From contig JBEKTQ010000010.1 in NCBI GenBank assembly GCA_049515895.1, forward strand, positions 32,001-96,000: DNA of 64,000 nt, written 5' to 3'. Positions within the stretch are counted from its first letter, which is position 1. Each line of letters starts with the position of its first letter. This stretch comes from Candidatus Bathyarchaeia archaeon. Lineage in GTDB: Archaea > Thermoproteota > Bathyarchaeia > Bathyarchaeales > Bathycorpusculaceae. The notes beneath the pieces were generated by a model, which was not told the origin of the DNA, did not search any database, and saw only the letters and a list, made by a program, of their open reading frames with translations. Positions 1 to 9,427 of the stretch are shown here, piece by piece. A program made the position numbers and the translations under genes.

Positions 1-207
1 AAGCAAAGCGTACTGATCTTCAGCTTCCGCACTCAGGTTTTCCTGCTTGGTCTGAGCGATTTTGTCGGTGTCAGTCATTACCTCAAACATCGCAAGCGCG
101 GAGTTTGCGTAGGCTTCCTCCATTGTTTTTCCGTAGGCTCGAATGTAAACGTCCGCGGTGTGTTCTAAAAACTCAAATTTTCCAGCAAATTTATCGGTTG
201 CATCCAT
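1..207 (-). CDS. Archease (RtcB cofactor), N-terminal part; runs off the window edge
   Basis: Not in the ORF track. Manual translation MDATDKFAGKFEFLEHTADVYIRAYGKTMEEAYANSALAMFEVMTD has the archease FLEHTAD...G.T.EEA..N...AM motif. Confidence 0.9.
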   Translation of the reverse strand, partial: MDATDKFAGKFEFLEHTADVYIRAYGKTMEEAYANSALAMFEVMTDTDKIAQTKQENLSAEAEDQYALL

Positions 208-276
208 TGTTCAGCGTCACTATATTAATCAATGAAGCTGAAGAACTAAAAACACTTTCGCTGAATGCAACTGAGG

Positions 277-734
277 TCACTTTTCGAGTTCAACGAAACT
301 TGTTATGCTCGCTTTAATCAGGTTAATGCAAACTTTCTCAAACACTTTTTCTTGCCGAGCTTTCGCTGCTTCCTCAGGATTGGACAAATCGTATTTGATC
401 AAATCTCTGCAATAGACTGTGCCATGCTGCCTCTCAAATTGCCTATACAGCTTGTTTGCGTTAGCATTAGCCTTTGATTGTTTTTCAGCGGCTGCCTCGT
501 TGGACCCAAACTTGATTCCTCCTGCCATGAGGCTGCCGGATAGGGCGCCGCAAAGAGATTCCGCACGGTCCTATGCCCGCCGCCGAATCTAGCTGCGATT
601 TTTGGGACAAGCTCGTTTTTAGATTCGGGTTCGATTTGTTCATAAAGTGTTGATAAAACGGTTTGAGCGCAGTTTTATCCACTTTGGAAGTTTTTGATGC
701 CTTTTTCAATTGCAATCTGATTTGGTGGTGACAA
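277..734 (-). pseudogene. Disrupted C_GCAxxG_C_C family putative redox protein
   Basis: From TTG at 734: ...FQSG*NCAQTVL...VPKIAARFGGG, then two +1 shifts, then SLCGALSGSLMAGG...VYCRDL...VC. In-frame TAA at 675-677 where Tyr is expected. Confidence 0.75.
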
Positions 735-749
735 ATCTTTTCAGCTTCT

Positions 750-1793
750 TTAGAAGTATCGTGATGTTCTTTGTATGGCGGCAACGGTGAGTTTAGCTGA
801 GTTTTCAACGTCTTTTACGGATAGCATGCCTACTGGACTGTGAATGTACCGTGTCGGTATCGATACGTTGCCACTTGGGATTCCTTGTCTCGTCAAGGAA
901 ATTCGTGCCGCGTCCGTTGAACCCATTAATCCTGTTTCAATCTGAAAGGGAATTTTTTCTTCCTCTGCCGAATCCAAAAGCCAACGCAGAACCTTCGGGT
1001 GAGTAATCAAACCGGAATCTGAAATTGTAACCGATGGACCTTTACCCATCTTAACACTCGTGTCATATTCTCTTACGCCTGGTACGTCGCCAGCTATGGT
1101 TACGTCAAGCGCTATTGCCACATCAGGGTCAATCTTAAAGGCTGCCGCACCGGCGCCACGCAAACCTACTTCTTCCTGAACCGTTCCCACAGCGTAGATC
1201 GTGTAATCGGTTTTTTCAATTAGTTTTAAGGTTTCAATCATTGCCGCGCAACCTGCCCGGTTATCAAAAGCTTTGCCTACAACAACTCCCCTCCCTAAAG
1301 GTAAATATTTGATGTCAAAACCTACAGGGTCCCCGATCGCAACACCCATAGCTAAAGCATCTTCGCGATTTTCTGCTCCCACATCAATGAAAAGCTCGTC
1401 TGAAGTGATGATTTTTTTGCGTTCTTCCTCTTTTTGGATGTGGGGCGGTTTTGACCCGATTATGCCTGGGAAAGAGGCTTTTTTTGAAAAAACTGTGACC
1501 ATCTGTGCCGGTAAGATGCGGTCGTCTATTCCGCCCATCTTAGCAAACTGCAAAAAGCCGTCTTTGGTAATCGTCTTTATCATTAACCCGATTTCATCCA
1601 TATGAGCTGCAAGCATTATTTTGGTCGACTTTTCTTTGCCTTTTTTGATGGCTATGACGTTCTCAAGTTTATCCACAATTATTTCATCTACGTAAGGAGT
1701 CATGAGTCTAATCATCAACTCTCGGACCTCGCTTTCTCTGCCCGTCACACCGCAGGCGTTTGAAAGCTTCTCTAGATTTTCATTTATCGACAA
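750..1793 (-). CDS. M42 family (TET-like) metallo-aminopeptidase
   Basis: AAHMDEIG, KAFDNRAG, QEEVGLRGA, ALDVT, TRYIHSP motifs. Confidence 0.93.
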   Translation of the reverse strand: MSINENLEKLSNACGVTGRESEVRELMIRLMTPYVDEIIVDKLENVIAIKKGKEKSTKIMLAAHMDEIGLMIKTITKDGFLQFAKMGGIDDRILPAQMVTVFSKKASFPGIIGSKPPHIQKEEERKKIITSDELFIDVGAENREDALAMGVAIGDPVGFDIKYLPLGRGVVVGKAFDNRAGCAAMIETLKLIEKTDYTIYAVGTVQEEVGLRGAGAAAFKIDPDVAIALDVTIAGDVPGVREYDTSVKMGKGPSVTISDSGLITHPKVLRWLLDSAEEEKIPFQIETGLMGSTDAARISLTRQGIPSGNVSIPTRYIHSPVGMLSVKDVENSAKLTVAAIQRTSRYF

Positions 1794-2110
1794 ACACGTA
1801 ACCCTCGTTCAAAGCTTATTTGACTACTCCTTTGAAGGCTAAGTTATTAAAAAATTACGGTTCACAGCATGATAAAGGTCGGTTCCTAAAAACAAAAATG
1901 TCTATTTTGTGATTTCAATATCTTTGCTTTAATGTTAAGGTTAGACTTATTTTTCAACTTTGAACGTGCCTTCTTACTCTCTTATTTACTAATCTTTAAA
2001 ACCACTTAGGTGTAAGAATCAGTTCAAAGCGCTTTCAAGAATCAAGAATATGACAACTTTTAAATGCTAACAAGGCATAAAATTCCTACTACTAAAGGGG
2101 TAAGTTCAAA

Positions 2111-2998
2111 TTGGCAGAACAGCAACAACAACCGACTCCGAGAAAGATTGGAATTTTCAAGTGTGGAAATATCGGGACATCACCTTGTCTTGAACTTCTA
2201 TTGGATGAATTAGCTGATCGAAAAGACATCAAGGTTCGAACCGTAACAACGGGTTCAAAAATGGGACCCGACGATGTCGAAGAAGCTTTACCTAAAATCT
2301 TCGAATTCAATCCAGAAGTCATGGTAATAATATCACCTAACACCGCGTTGCCTGGTCCCTCCAAAGCAAGGGAAGCAGTTGCAAGCAGAAAGCTGCCTGG
2401 AATCGTCATAACTGATTCCCCCGGCAAACGCATTAAAGGAGACATCGAAAAACAAGGTTTAGGCTACATCATAATCACGGGAGACCCACTTATAGGCGCG
2501 AGAAAAGAATTCTTAGACCCGATTGAAATGGCAATTTTCAATTCAAACATAAACAAAGTCCTCGCCATAACGGGCGTTTATCGAATTGTGTACCAGGAGA
2601 TTGACAAGGTCATCTACGCCGTCGAAGCTGGATTACCGCCCATATTACCGAAGTTAGTCATCGATATCACAACCATCCGAGACCAAATCTTTTTTAACAA
2701 TCCCTACGCGAAAGCAAAAGCGATTGCTGCATACGGAATGGCCGAAAAAGTAGCAGACATAAACACCATAGCATGCTTCATTGAGAAGGAACACGAAAAG
2801 TATATCCCGCTGGTAGCTTCCGCTCATGAAGTGGCCCAAGCAGCTGCCAGATTGGCTGAAGAAGCGCGCGAAATCGAGAAATACACTGACGAATTGTTGA
2901 GAAAGCCTCATGCAAAGGATGGGAAATTGAAATACAAGACTAAGCTGATGGCTCAACCGACCTTTGATGAAGAAAACTATACCCAAAACAATACTTAA
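2111..2998 (+). CDS. mtd: F420-dependent methylene-H4MPT dehydrogenase
   Basis: KIGIFKCGNIGTS, LLLDELADRKDI, ISPN...PGP, DPLIGARKEFLDPIEMA, NPYAKAKA, YIPLVASAHE are Mtd signatures. Confidence 0.93.
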   Translation: MAEQQQQPTPRKIGIFKCGNIGTSPCLELLLDELADRKDIKVRTVTTGSKMGPDDVEEALPKIFEFNPEVMVIISPNTALPGPSKAREAVASRKLPGIVITDSPGKRIKGDIEKQGLGYIIITGDPLIGARKEFLDPIEMAIFNSNINKVLAITGVYRIVYQEIDKVIYAVEAGLPPILPKLVIDITTIRDQIFFNNPYAKAKAIAAYGMAEKVADINTIACFIEKEHEKYIPLVASAHEVAQAAARLAEEAREIEKYTDELLRKPHAKDGKLKYKTKLMAQPTFDEENYTQNNT

Positions 2999-3057
2999 CG
3001 TCCTTTTTTATTTCTTTTCATGAAACCTTTTTTTCGTTGTTTCCACCGAAGGTGCTG

Positions 3058-3113
3058 TATATGTGGTATATGCCGATATATTCCAAGTTGGTAAGAAGTA
3101 TATACCATATATA
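3058..3113. promoter_or_regulatory. Imperfect inverted repeat with ATATA boxes upstream of the MtdB-like fusion gene
   Basis: TATATGTGGTATATG (3058-3072) versus TATATACCATATATA (3099-3113), 13/15 complementary; further ATATA boxes near 3076 and 3140. Confidence 0.45.
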
Positions 3114-3185
3114 AGTTTACATAGCGTATTTCGACTAAGTATATATCCGCCTTTGCCATCTTCAGAAAGGTAGAGGTTAACAAAA

Positions 3186-4901
3186 ATGGAAACTCTTGAA
3201 CTCAAACCTTTAGAAAAAAAGAAACTCAATGTCTTACTGCTGGAAAAAGAATACAACGAACAATTCTGGGTTAACGAGCCGCCAGCAAACTCGAACTCGC
3301 TCCAAGCACTGCTCAAACCGTCGATAGGTTTCTACAAGTTTCTCGAAAACCTGGTAAGCAAAGTCAACGTAGATTTCGTCACTGATGAACTAGGTAACCG
3401 CTCCAAGGAGGACTTCGAAGAAAGCATAACTACTGATATTTTCCGCAAAAGCAACCTACCTTACTTCGGTGTAGACATCGACGCAGCCGCAAAGGAATAC
3501 ATCGGAGACGTAATCGGTAATAAATTAAAATCACGAAATGACTTGTTAAAAGCTTTGGAAAGCATGCCAAAACAGAAAGATGAGTCAATGGAAAAAGAAT
3601 ACCTGATCGCCCTCGGCCAAAGTCTCCAATTCGAGATAGAGGAACACCAAAAAGAGGTCAATTTCTCAATCAGAGAAAGCTGGATAGCCATGGGCATTCT
3701 GAATCATGCAAGAGAAATCAAAGGAAAAGAAGACATCACCTGCCTCCACATTTGCAGCCCCGAACATATGACTGGAATAAAGCAGATACTTGAATCGATG
3801 AATGCAAAAGTTGAAACTGCAAAGCTTTCAAAGAAGGTTATCGCGGCAAGCACAGAAGTACCATCCTCTCATGAGATGGAAAACTGGTTAGAATCAATCC
3901 AGATCCAAGTTAAGCCAACCATGGGAAAAGGCGTCGAAGATGCGCCATACTTACTTTTCTACATAGACACTGACGTGAAAGCAAGCCCATTCGACATTTG
4001 CATGGCATACGACGTTGGCTACGATGCAGTCATACCTTACGAGAACGTGAATCCAGAAGACGCGAAAAACATCACTCAAGATGCATTGCTTTCCCGAGGA
4101 CCTAAAGGTGTTAAGCATACCGCTTTTATGATTGGCGGAAAAAACGCTGAACGATCCGAAGAAGTCTTTCAAGCAGTTAAAGATTCAATGTTCCCACCGT
4201 TCAAAACAAGCATAATAATTGACCCAGCAGGCGCGTATACAACTGCAGCAGCAATGGTTGCAAAAGCAGAAAACGCCTTGGTCACAAACAAACTTGGAGA
4301 ACTAAAAGACAAAACATGCGCCATCATGGGAACAGGTGCAGTCGGCCAAATAGCAGCTGTCCTTCTCGCTAAAATAGGCTGCAAGGTAATGATTGCCAGC
4401 TTGAACCCAAAACGCGCTGACGGAAAAGAGCATGCGGAAAGCATTGGTAAGCTACTCGCCAAAGACCACGGAGTACAAGTTCAAGGCATATTCGCCCCGA
4501 CCCCAGCTTCAAAAATCGACATTATACAGAAAGCTGACGTAATCATGTGCGCAGGAGTTAAAGGCGTTCGCATCATCGACAAAGAAATGCTCAAAGACGT
4601 TAAACACATGAAGCTCCTACTTGACATAAACGCGGTCCCACCCTTCGGCATAGAAGGAATCGAACTCAAAGACGACATGAAAGAAATGCTACCAGGCATA
4701 TTCGTAATCGGCGCACTAAGCGTAGGCGACTTAAAACACAAGGTTGAGAAAGAAATGCTGCGTGATGCACGAAGCAACGGAAAAGAAGTCTACAACTTCA
4801 ACGTAGCGTTGCCGATGGCAAGAAAGATGCTGGAAAAAGACATGCTACCGGCTAAATTGGCAATGACGCTCAACTACCAATCGACAAAGAAACCCGCATA
4901 G
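3186..4901 (+). CDS. NAD(P)-dependent methylene-H4MPT dehydrogenase (MtdA/MtdB-like) with an extra ~250-aa N-terminal domain (TraB/Tiki-like)
   Basis: C-terminal part has SPFDICMAYDVG, SRGPKG...TAFMIGG, DPAGAYTTAAAMVA, Rossmann GTGAVG and DINAVPPFGIEG. N-terminal part has DFVTDEL, RESWIA and HICSPEHMTGIKQIL. Confidence 0.85.
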   Translation: METLELKPLEKKKLNVLLLEKEYNEQFWVNEPPANSNSLQALLKPSIGFYKFLENLVSKVNVDFVTDELGNRSKEDFEESITTDIFRKSNLPYFGVDIDAAAKEYIGDVIGNKLKSRNDLLKALESMPKQKDESMEKEYLIALGQSLQFEIEEHQKEVNFSIRESWIAMGILNHAREIKGKEDITCLHICSPEHMTGIKQILESMNAKVETAKLSKKVIAASTEVPSSHEMENWLESIQIQVKPTMGKGVEDAPYLLFYIDTDVKASPFDICMAYDVGYDAVIPYENVNPEDAKNITQDALLSRGPKGVKHTAFMIGGKNAERSEEVFQAVKDSMFPPFKTSIIIDPAGAYTTAAAMVAKAENALVTNKLGELKDKTCAIMGTGAVGQIAAVLLAKIGCKVMIASLNPKRADGKEHAESIGKLLAKDHGVQVQGIFAPTPASKIDIIQKADVIMCAGVKGVRIIDKEMLKDVKHMKLLLDINAVPPFGIEGIELKDDMKEMLPGIFVIGALSVGDLKHKVEKEMLRDARSNGKEVYNFNVALPMARKMLEKDMLPAKLAMTLNYQSTKKPA

Positions 4902-4915
4902 GGTTCTTTCTTTTT

Positions 4916-5935
4916 TTACATAGGAACTTTGAATGCGTGGTTCACTGTAACTTCTGCGATGTTTGCTGCATAGAAAGCAATTCTCTTTATGTCTTCCCTA
5001 ATTGAGCATACTGCGCAGATTAACTCGGGTTTTTTGTTGGTTATGAAAGTTGTGTTTGCGATTTCTTGATCTAATTTTTCAATTCTCTTGGTCTGTTTCA
5101 TTATTTCAACTGAAAAGTCAGCGTCGTGCTGAAAGAAAGCGTTAACGGCTTTAATGTATAAATCGACTACCTCCATTCCTTCATCGACCATAAGCTCCAA
5201 CAGGTTGTTGGGGATCTTCTCTCCTATTCCATCTATCATAATTATGTGTTTGGCTATGTCCGCTACGTAATCTGAGGCATGCTCGATTAGCACAGAGAGA
5301 TACTGGTAGTCCATACAGTCAATCGGGTCCAAACGCAGTTCATTAGCTAAAACTGGACTTTGAGCCGCCACCCTCAGTATTCTGAGTATGAGGAAGTGGA
5401 ATTGGTCCACATCATCGTCAAGTGAAAAAACAGATTTTGCAAGTGAGATGTCATTGGTCTTCAGAGCGCTGAATACATCCTCACACATAGAGTGAGATAT
5501 CAGATGCATTCTTTGCACTGCTTGGTCAAGTGAAGCTTTGGATTCGTCAGTTAACGTTTGAAGATAAACTCCTCTTGAATCCGACTCCATTATTCTCATG
5601 TAAAGCCTGCCAGCGATGTTCCGTATGGCTTTCCTCTGCGGAACGGAGAGGATTTTTTCTGCTATGAGTGTGATTCCAGAGTACCCGTTCAAAAATGACC
5701 CAATGATTTTTTGGGTTATTAATGTCTCATCTTCGTTGTGTCCGATCTTAATTGTTGTCTCTTTGGGCGGCGACTTTCTCTCTGCCCCAGGATAAACAAC
5801 TAATGAACGGTCACGTTGGATTGCGTACGAAACCACATCTCCCTTGTTTAATTCATTTAAAGTCATCCAGTTTTTTGGGAGAGAAACCACCATTGAGGAT
5901 CTGCCCAAAGACATTATTCTACGTTCCATAGTCAT
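4916..5935 (-). CDS. Archaeal AbrB-PhoU family regulator (phosphate-uptake-regulator-like)
   Basis: N-terminal AbrB-like RRIMSLGRSSMVVSLPKNW; PhoU repeats DDDVDQFHF, IEHASDY, IKRIAFYAANIAE. Confidence 0.88.
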   Translation of the reverse strand: MTMERRIMSLGRSSMVVSLPKNWMTLNELNKGDVVSYAIQRDRSLVVYPGAERKSPPKETTIKIGHNEDETLITQKIIGSFLNGYSGITLIAEKILSVPQRKAIRNIAGRLYMRIMESDSRGVYLQTLTDESKASLDQAVQRMHLISHSMCEDVFSALKTNDISLAKSVFSLDDDVDQFHFLILRILRVAAQSPVLANELRLDPIDCMDYQYLSVLIEHASDYVADIAKHIIMIDGIGEKIPNNLLELMVDEGMEVVDLYIKAVNAFFQHDADFSVEIMKQTKRIEKLDQEIANTTFITNKKPELICAVCSIREDIKRIAFYAANIAEVTVNHAFKVPM

Positions 5936-6096
5936 GCCTCCAACATATTCCGAGCCATGATGAGTTAATACCTCATATATTTAATATATACTTTATTAAC
6001 AGCGGGAATTTGCCTTGGTGCACCCAGCCCCACATTTAACACGCTAACTCTCAAAGCAACCAATGGACCGTAAAAAGAGAATTGTAAAACCCTATC

Positions 6097-7257
6097 TCAG
6101 AAGGCGCTGCTTATCCTGTTGCATGCTTCAACTATTCGCTCTTTAGGCTGCGTAAAGGTTATCCTCACGTAGCCTTCACCATGGCTCCCGAAGCCAATTC
6201 CCGGCGCCACAGCCACACCGACATCTAGCAGCTTAGTTGCGAACTTCATAGAGTCGCCTCGGCATTTTAGCCAGACGTAGAATGTTGCTTTGGGTTTGTC
6301 GCATTTGTAGCCGATTTTGCAAAGGGTTTTAACTAGGAGGTCGCGACGTTCTTGCAGGATTTGGTTGTTTTTCTTTAGGAAGTCTGGGGTTTCCTTGCTC
6401 TTGTAAGTTGCTAAGGCTTTGACTGCGACTTTCTGAGTGTAAACTGGCGGTCCCGAATCTATCTGCGACTTGACTTTGGCTAAACTCCCCACGAGTTGCT
6501 CGTTTCCCGCTGCAAAGCCGATGCGATCGCCTGTCATGTTGAAGGTTTTCGAGAGGGAGTGGAACTCTATCGCGACGTCTATGGCGCCGTCAACTTCTAA
6601 AATGCTCGGTGCACGATAATCGCCGTAGGTTATTTCCGAGTATGCGTTGTCATAACAGAGGACTATGTTGTTGTCTTTGGCGAAGTCCACTGCTTTCTTT
6701 AGGAATTTCTTGTCTACTGTTGCTGCCGTTGGGTTGTTAGGGTAATTAAGGAACATCATTTTAGCGCCTCTCGGGTTGATGGATTCGAAGTCAGGTTGGA
6801 AATCGTTCTCTTCCCAAAGAGGTATGGGCACCACTGTGCCGTCGCAGAGGATGGTGCTTCCGTTAGCGTATACAGGGTAAGCTGGGTCAGGCACCAAAAC
6901 ACGTTCGCCTGGGTTGATGAAGGCTCGGGCAATGTTTGCTATTCCTTCTTTTGAGCCTAAAAGAGCCACCACCTGCTCTTGAGCCAAATCAACGCCGAAG
7001 CGTTTCTTGTACCAGCCTGCAACTGCTTCACGGAAGTCTGGCTCGCCTTGACTGAAAGAGTAGTTGTGGTTCTTAGGATCAGCGGCCTCTTGCTTAAGAG
7101 CTTCAATAATAAATTGTGGCGGCGGCAGGTCAGGATCACCGACGCTAAGAGAAACTAAATCCACGCCCCGCGCCTTCTTTTCCTTAATGATTTTTTCGAT
7201 TTCAGCAAACAAGTACGGCGGTAACCGTCTAATTCTCTCAGCATTCTCAAACGTCAC
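6097..7257 (-). CDS. dapL: LL-diaminopimelate aminotransferase
   Basis: Class I PLP aminotransferase (LPPYLFAEI, NYPNNPT, DNAYSE, SLSKTFNMTGDRIG) at the end of a dap operon. Confidence 0.88.
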   Translation of the reverse strand: MTFENAERIRRLPPYLFAEIEKIIKEKKARGVDLVSLSVGDPDLPPPQFIIEALKQEAADPKNHNYSFSQGEPDFREAVAGWYKKRFGVDLAQEQVVALLGSKEGIANIARAFINPGERVLVPDPAYPVYANGSTILCDGTVVPIPLWEENDFQPDFESINPRGAKMMFLNYPNNPTAATVDKKFLKKAVDFAKDNNIVLCYDNAYSEITYGDYRAPSILEVDGAIDVAIEFHSLSKTFNMTGDRIGFAAGNEQLVGSLAKVKSQIDSGPPVYTQKVAVKALATYKSKETPDFLKKNNQILQERRDLLVKTLCKIGYKCDKPKATFYVWLKCRGDSMKFATKLLDVGVAVAPGIGFGSHGEGYVRITFTQPKERIVEACNRISSAF

Positions 7258-8099
7258 GCTTTCGCCTCATCAAACAATGTTCCTTCGAAGATTTTTTCGG
7301 CAGCACCGCTCAAGTACAGCCGCCCTGCAGCCACTTCAACCTGCAGGCAGCCACCTAACAGTTGAACCGTAACTCTATCCTCGACTTTACCAAGCCTTTT
7401 TGCGGCAGCTACGGAAGCGCAAGTTCCCGTTCCGCAAGCTAATGTCTCCCCGCAGCCGCGTTCCCAGACGCGTATCTTTAGTTGATTGCGGCTCAGAACT
7501 TGAACGAAATCAACATTGGTTCTTTTGGGAAAAGCTTTGTGGTTCTCAATTTTGGAACCGATTCTTTCGACCGGGAAATCGGCTACTTCATCAACGAATA
7601 TAACACAGTGAGGGTTACCCATTGAGAGGCATGTAACATTGAAGATTTCACCGCCGACTTCTAATTTTTCGTTAACGGAGATGCCTTGCCCGACCATTGG
7701 AAGAGAACCTTTTTCCCAATTAGGCTCGCCCATATCAGCCTTGACAGCCTTAACTTTATTGCCCTCGACCGTTAGCCAGACATGCTTGATTCCAGAGAGG
7801 GTTTCAACTGGGAACTCTTTCTTCTTGACGACCCCGTTTTCGTAGCAGTACTTTGCGAAACATCTTATTCCGTTGCCACACATCTCTGCTTCGGTTCCGT
7901 CCGCGTTGAAAATCCTCATCTTAACATCAGCCATCTTAGAGGCCGAAACCAGTAGGAGCCCGTCTGCTCCAACCGAGAAGTGGCGCTCACAAAGACGCTT
8001 GGCTAATCGCCCAGCTTTACTGCTGCTGATTTTGCCGTCTCTGTTGTCGATTACAATGTAATCATTGCCTAAGCCATGCATTTTCCAAAAGCGACTCAA
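7254..8099 (-). CDS. dapF: Diaminopimelate epimerase
   Basis: KMHGLGNDY, EMCGNGIRC, SMGNPH, WERGCGETLACGTG. Confidence 0.96.
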   Translation of the reverse strand: MSRFWKMHGLGNDYIVIDNRDGKISSSKAGRLAKRLCERHFSVGADGLLLVSASKMADVKMRIFNADGTEAEMCGNGIRCFAKYCYENGVVKKKEFPVETLSGIKHVWLTVEGNKVKAVKADMGEPNWEKGSLPMVGQGISVNEKLEVGGEIFNVTCLSMGNPHCVIFVDEVADFPVERIGSKIENHKAFPKRTNVDFVQVLSRNQLKIRVWERGCGETLACGTGTCASVAAAKRLGKVEDRVTVQLLGGCLQVEVAAGRLYLSGAAEKIFEGTLFDEAKA

Positions 8100-9388
8100 G
8101 ATGACTCTTCCATGCGCTGGTTAGCGGTTAAGTTGTCAAGCTGCTCCCGTTCCCTTATAACCACGGGCTTGCCTTGCCTAATCATAACTTCGGCGGCTCG
8201 GGGTCTAGCGTTGTACTGTGAGCTCATGCTGAACCCATAGGCCCCAGCGTTTAATACGACCAGAAGGTCGCCTTCTGCGATAACTGGCAACTCTCTATCT
8301 TTGGCTAGGGCGTCGCCTGACTCGCATATTGGACCGACCACGTCATATGTTTCCTTACTAGCCGATCCTAGTTTATTCGAGACAAGTATTTGGTGATAGG
8401 AACCGTACATTGTCGGGCGGACAAGCGTGTTAAAACCTGCATCTACTCCCACAAACTTCTTTGAAGGCGTTACCTTCATCGTGTTGACGGTTGTTAGAAG
8501 TATGCTTGCGTCGCAAACGAGGTATCTGCCTGGTTCCACGCACAAGAATGGCTTGCCTAAACCGTACTCAGCAACCTTGCTCTTGAAGGGCGCCACCACT
8601 TTGCTGGAGAAGGCCGTCCAATCGAACTCTTTTTCTTCTGGGTTGTACGGTACGCCGAAACCGCCGCCTATATCAATGAACTCAAAGCTCACGCCTACTT
8701 CATCATGAACACGCTTAGCAATGCTTAACAGCTTATCGACCGCCTGCACGTAGGGTTCTACGTCAAGAATGCCTGAACCAATATGCATGTGAATGCCGAA
8801 GCGTTCCACCCTTGCCCTCTTCGCAATCGCGTAAGCCTGTATAGCCTCTTCTTCCAAAAGTCCGAATTTAGAGTCTGGACCCGCCGTTACGCAGTGGGGA
8901 TGATGTCCAGCGCCGACTTCCGGGTTGACTCGAATCGACAAAACCTGCGGAACACCAATTTTGAGCAACCTTTCAAGTTCGGAAAGAGAATCGATGTTTA
9001 CTGTTATGTTAGCGTCTGCAAGCATTTTCAACTCGTCATTTCGAACGCTGGTTCCTGTGAACATGATGCGATCTGGTGTGTACCCGCTGACCAATCCCAT
9101 GAAAACTTCGCCTGGGCTAACTGTGTCTAGGTATGCACCTTGTGACTTCAGAACTTTAAGAACGGTTAGGTTCGAGTTGGCTTTGGCAGCGTAGTAGACC
9201 CGTAGGTACTTGTAGTTGCAGGTTAAAGCGTCGAAAACCCGGTTGTAATTGTCCCTGATGCGTTTCTCGCTTACCACGTACAGTGGAGTATCGAATTTCT
9301 GTGCCAACTCTTTGACCGAAACGCCGTCAAAGAATAAATTGCCTTTCCGGTCTTCTAAGGGCTCACGAAACTTTTTTGCCTTAGCCAT
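8096..9388 (-). CDS. lysA: Diaminopimelate decarboxylase
   Basis: YAAKAN, HMHIGS, IDIGGG, EPGRYL, GPICESGD, GAYGFSMSSQYN. Confidence 0.96.
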   Translation of the reverse strand: MAKAKKFREPLEDRKGNLFFDGVSVKELAQKFDTPLYVVSEKRIRDNYNRVFDALTCNYKYLRVYYAAKANSNLTVLKVLKSQGAYLDTVSPGEVFMGLVSGYTPDRIMFTGTSVRNDELKMLADANITVNIDSLSELERLLKIGVPQVLSIRVNPEVGAGHHPHCVTAGPDSKFGLLEEEAIQAYAIAKRARVERFGIHMHIGSGILDVEPYVQAVDKLLSIAKRVHDEVGVSFEFIDIGGGFGVPYNPEEKEFDWTAFSSKVVAPFKSKVAEYGLGKPFLCVEPGRYLVCDASILLTTVNTMKVTPSKKFVGVDAGFNTLVRPTMYGSYHQILVSNKLGSASKETYDVVGPICESGDALAKDRELPVIAEGDLLVVLNAGAYGFSMSSQYNARPRAAEVMIRQGKPVVIREREQLDNLTANQRMEESS

Positions 9389-9427
9389 CCTTCACACCCA
9401 ACACTTAACCTTTGTTAATCTCTAAGG

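Noticed and set aside
675-677. In-frame stop in a redox gene as possible Sec/Pyl recoding
   Set aside because: The codon is TAA at a Tyr position, and frameshifts are also present
485-808. 107-aa track ORF
   Set aside because: Alternate frame of the broken C_GCAxxG_C_C gene and the end of the M42 peptidase gene
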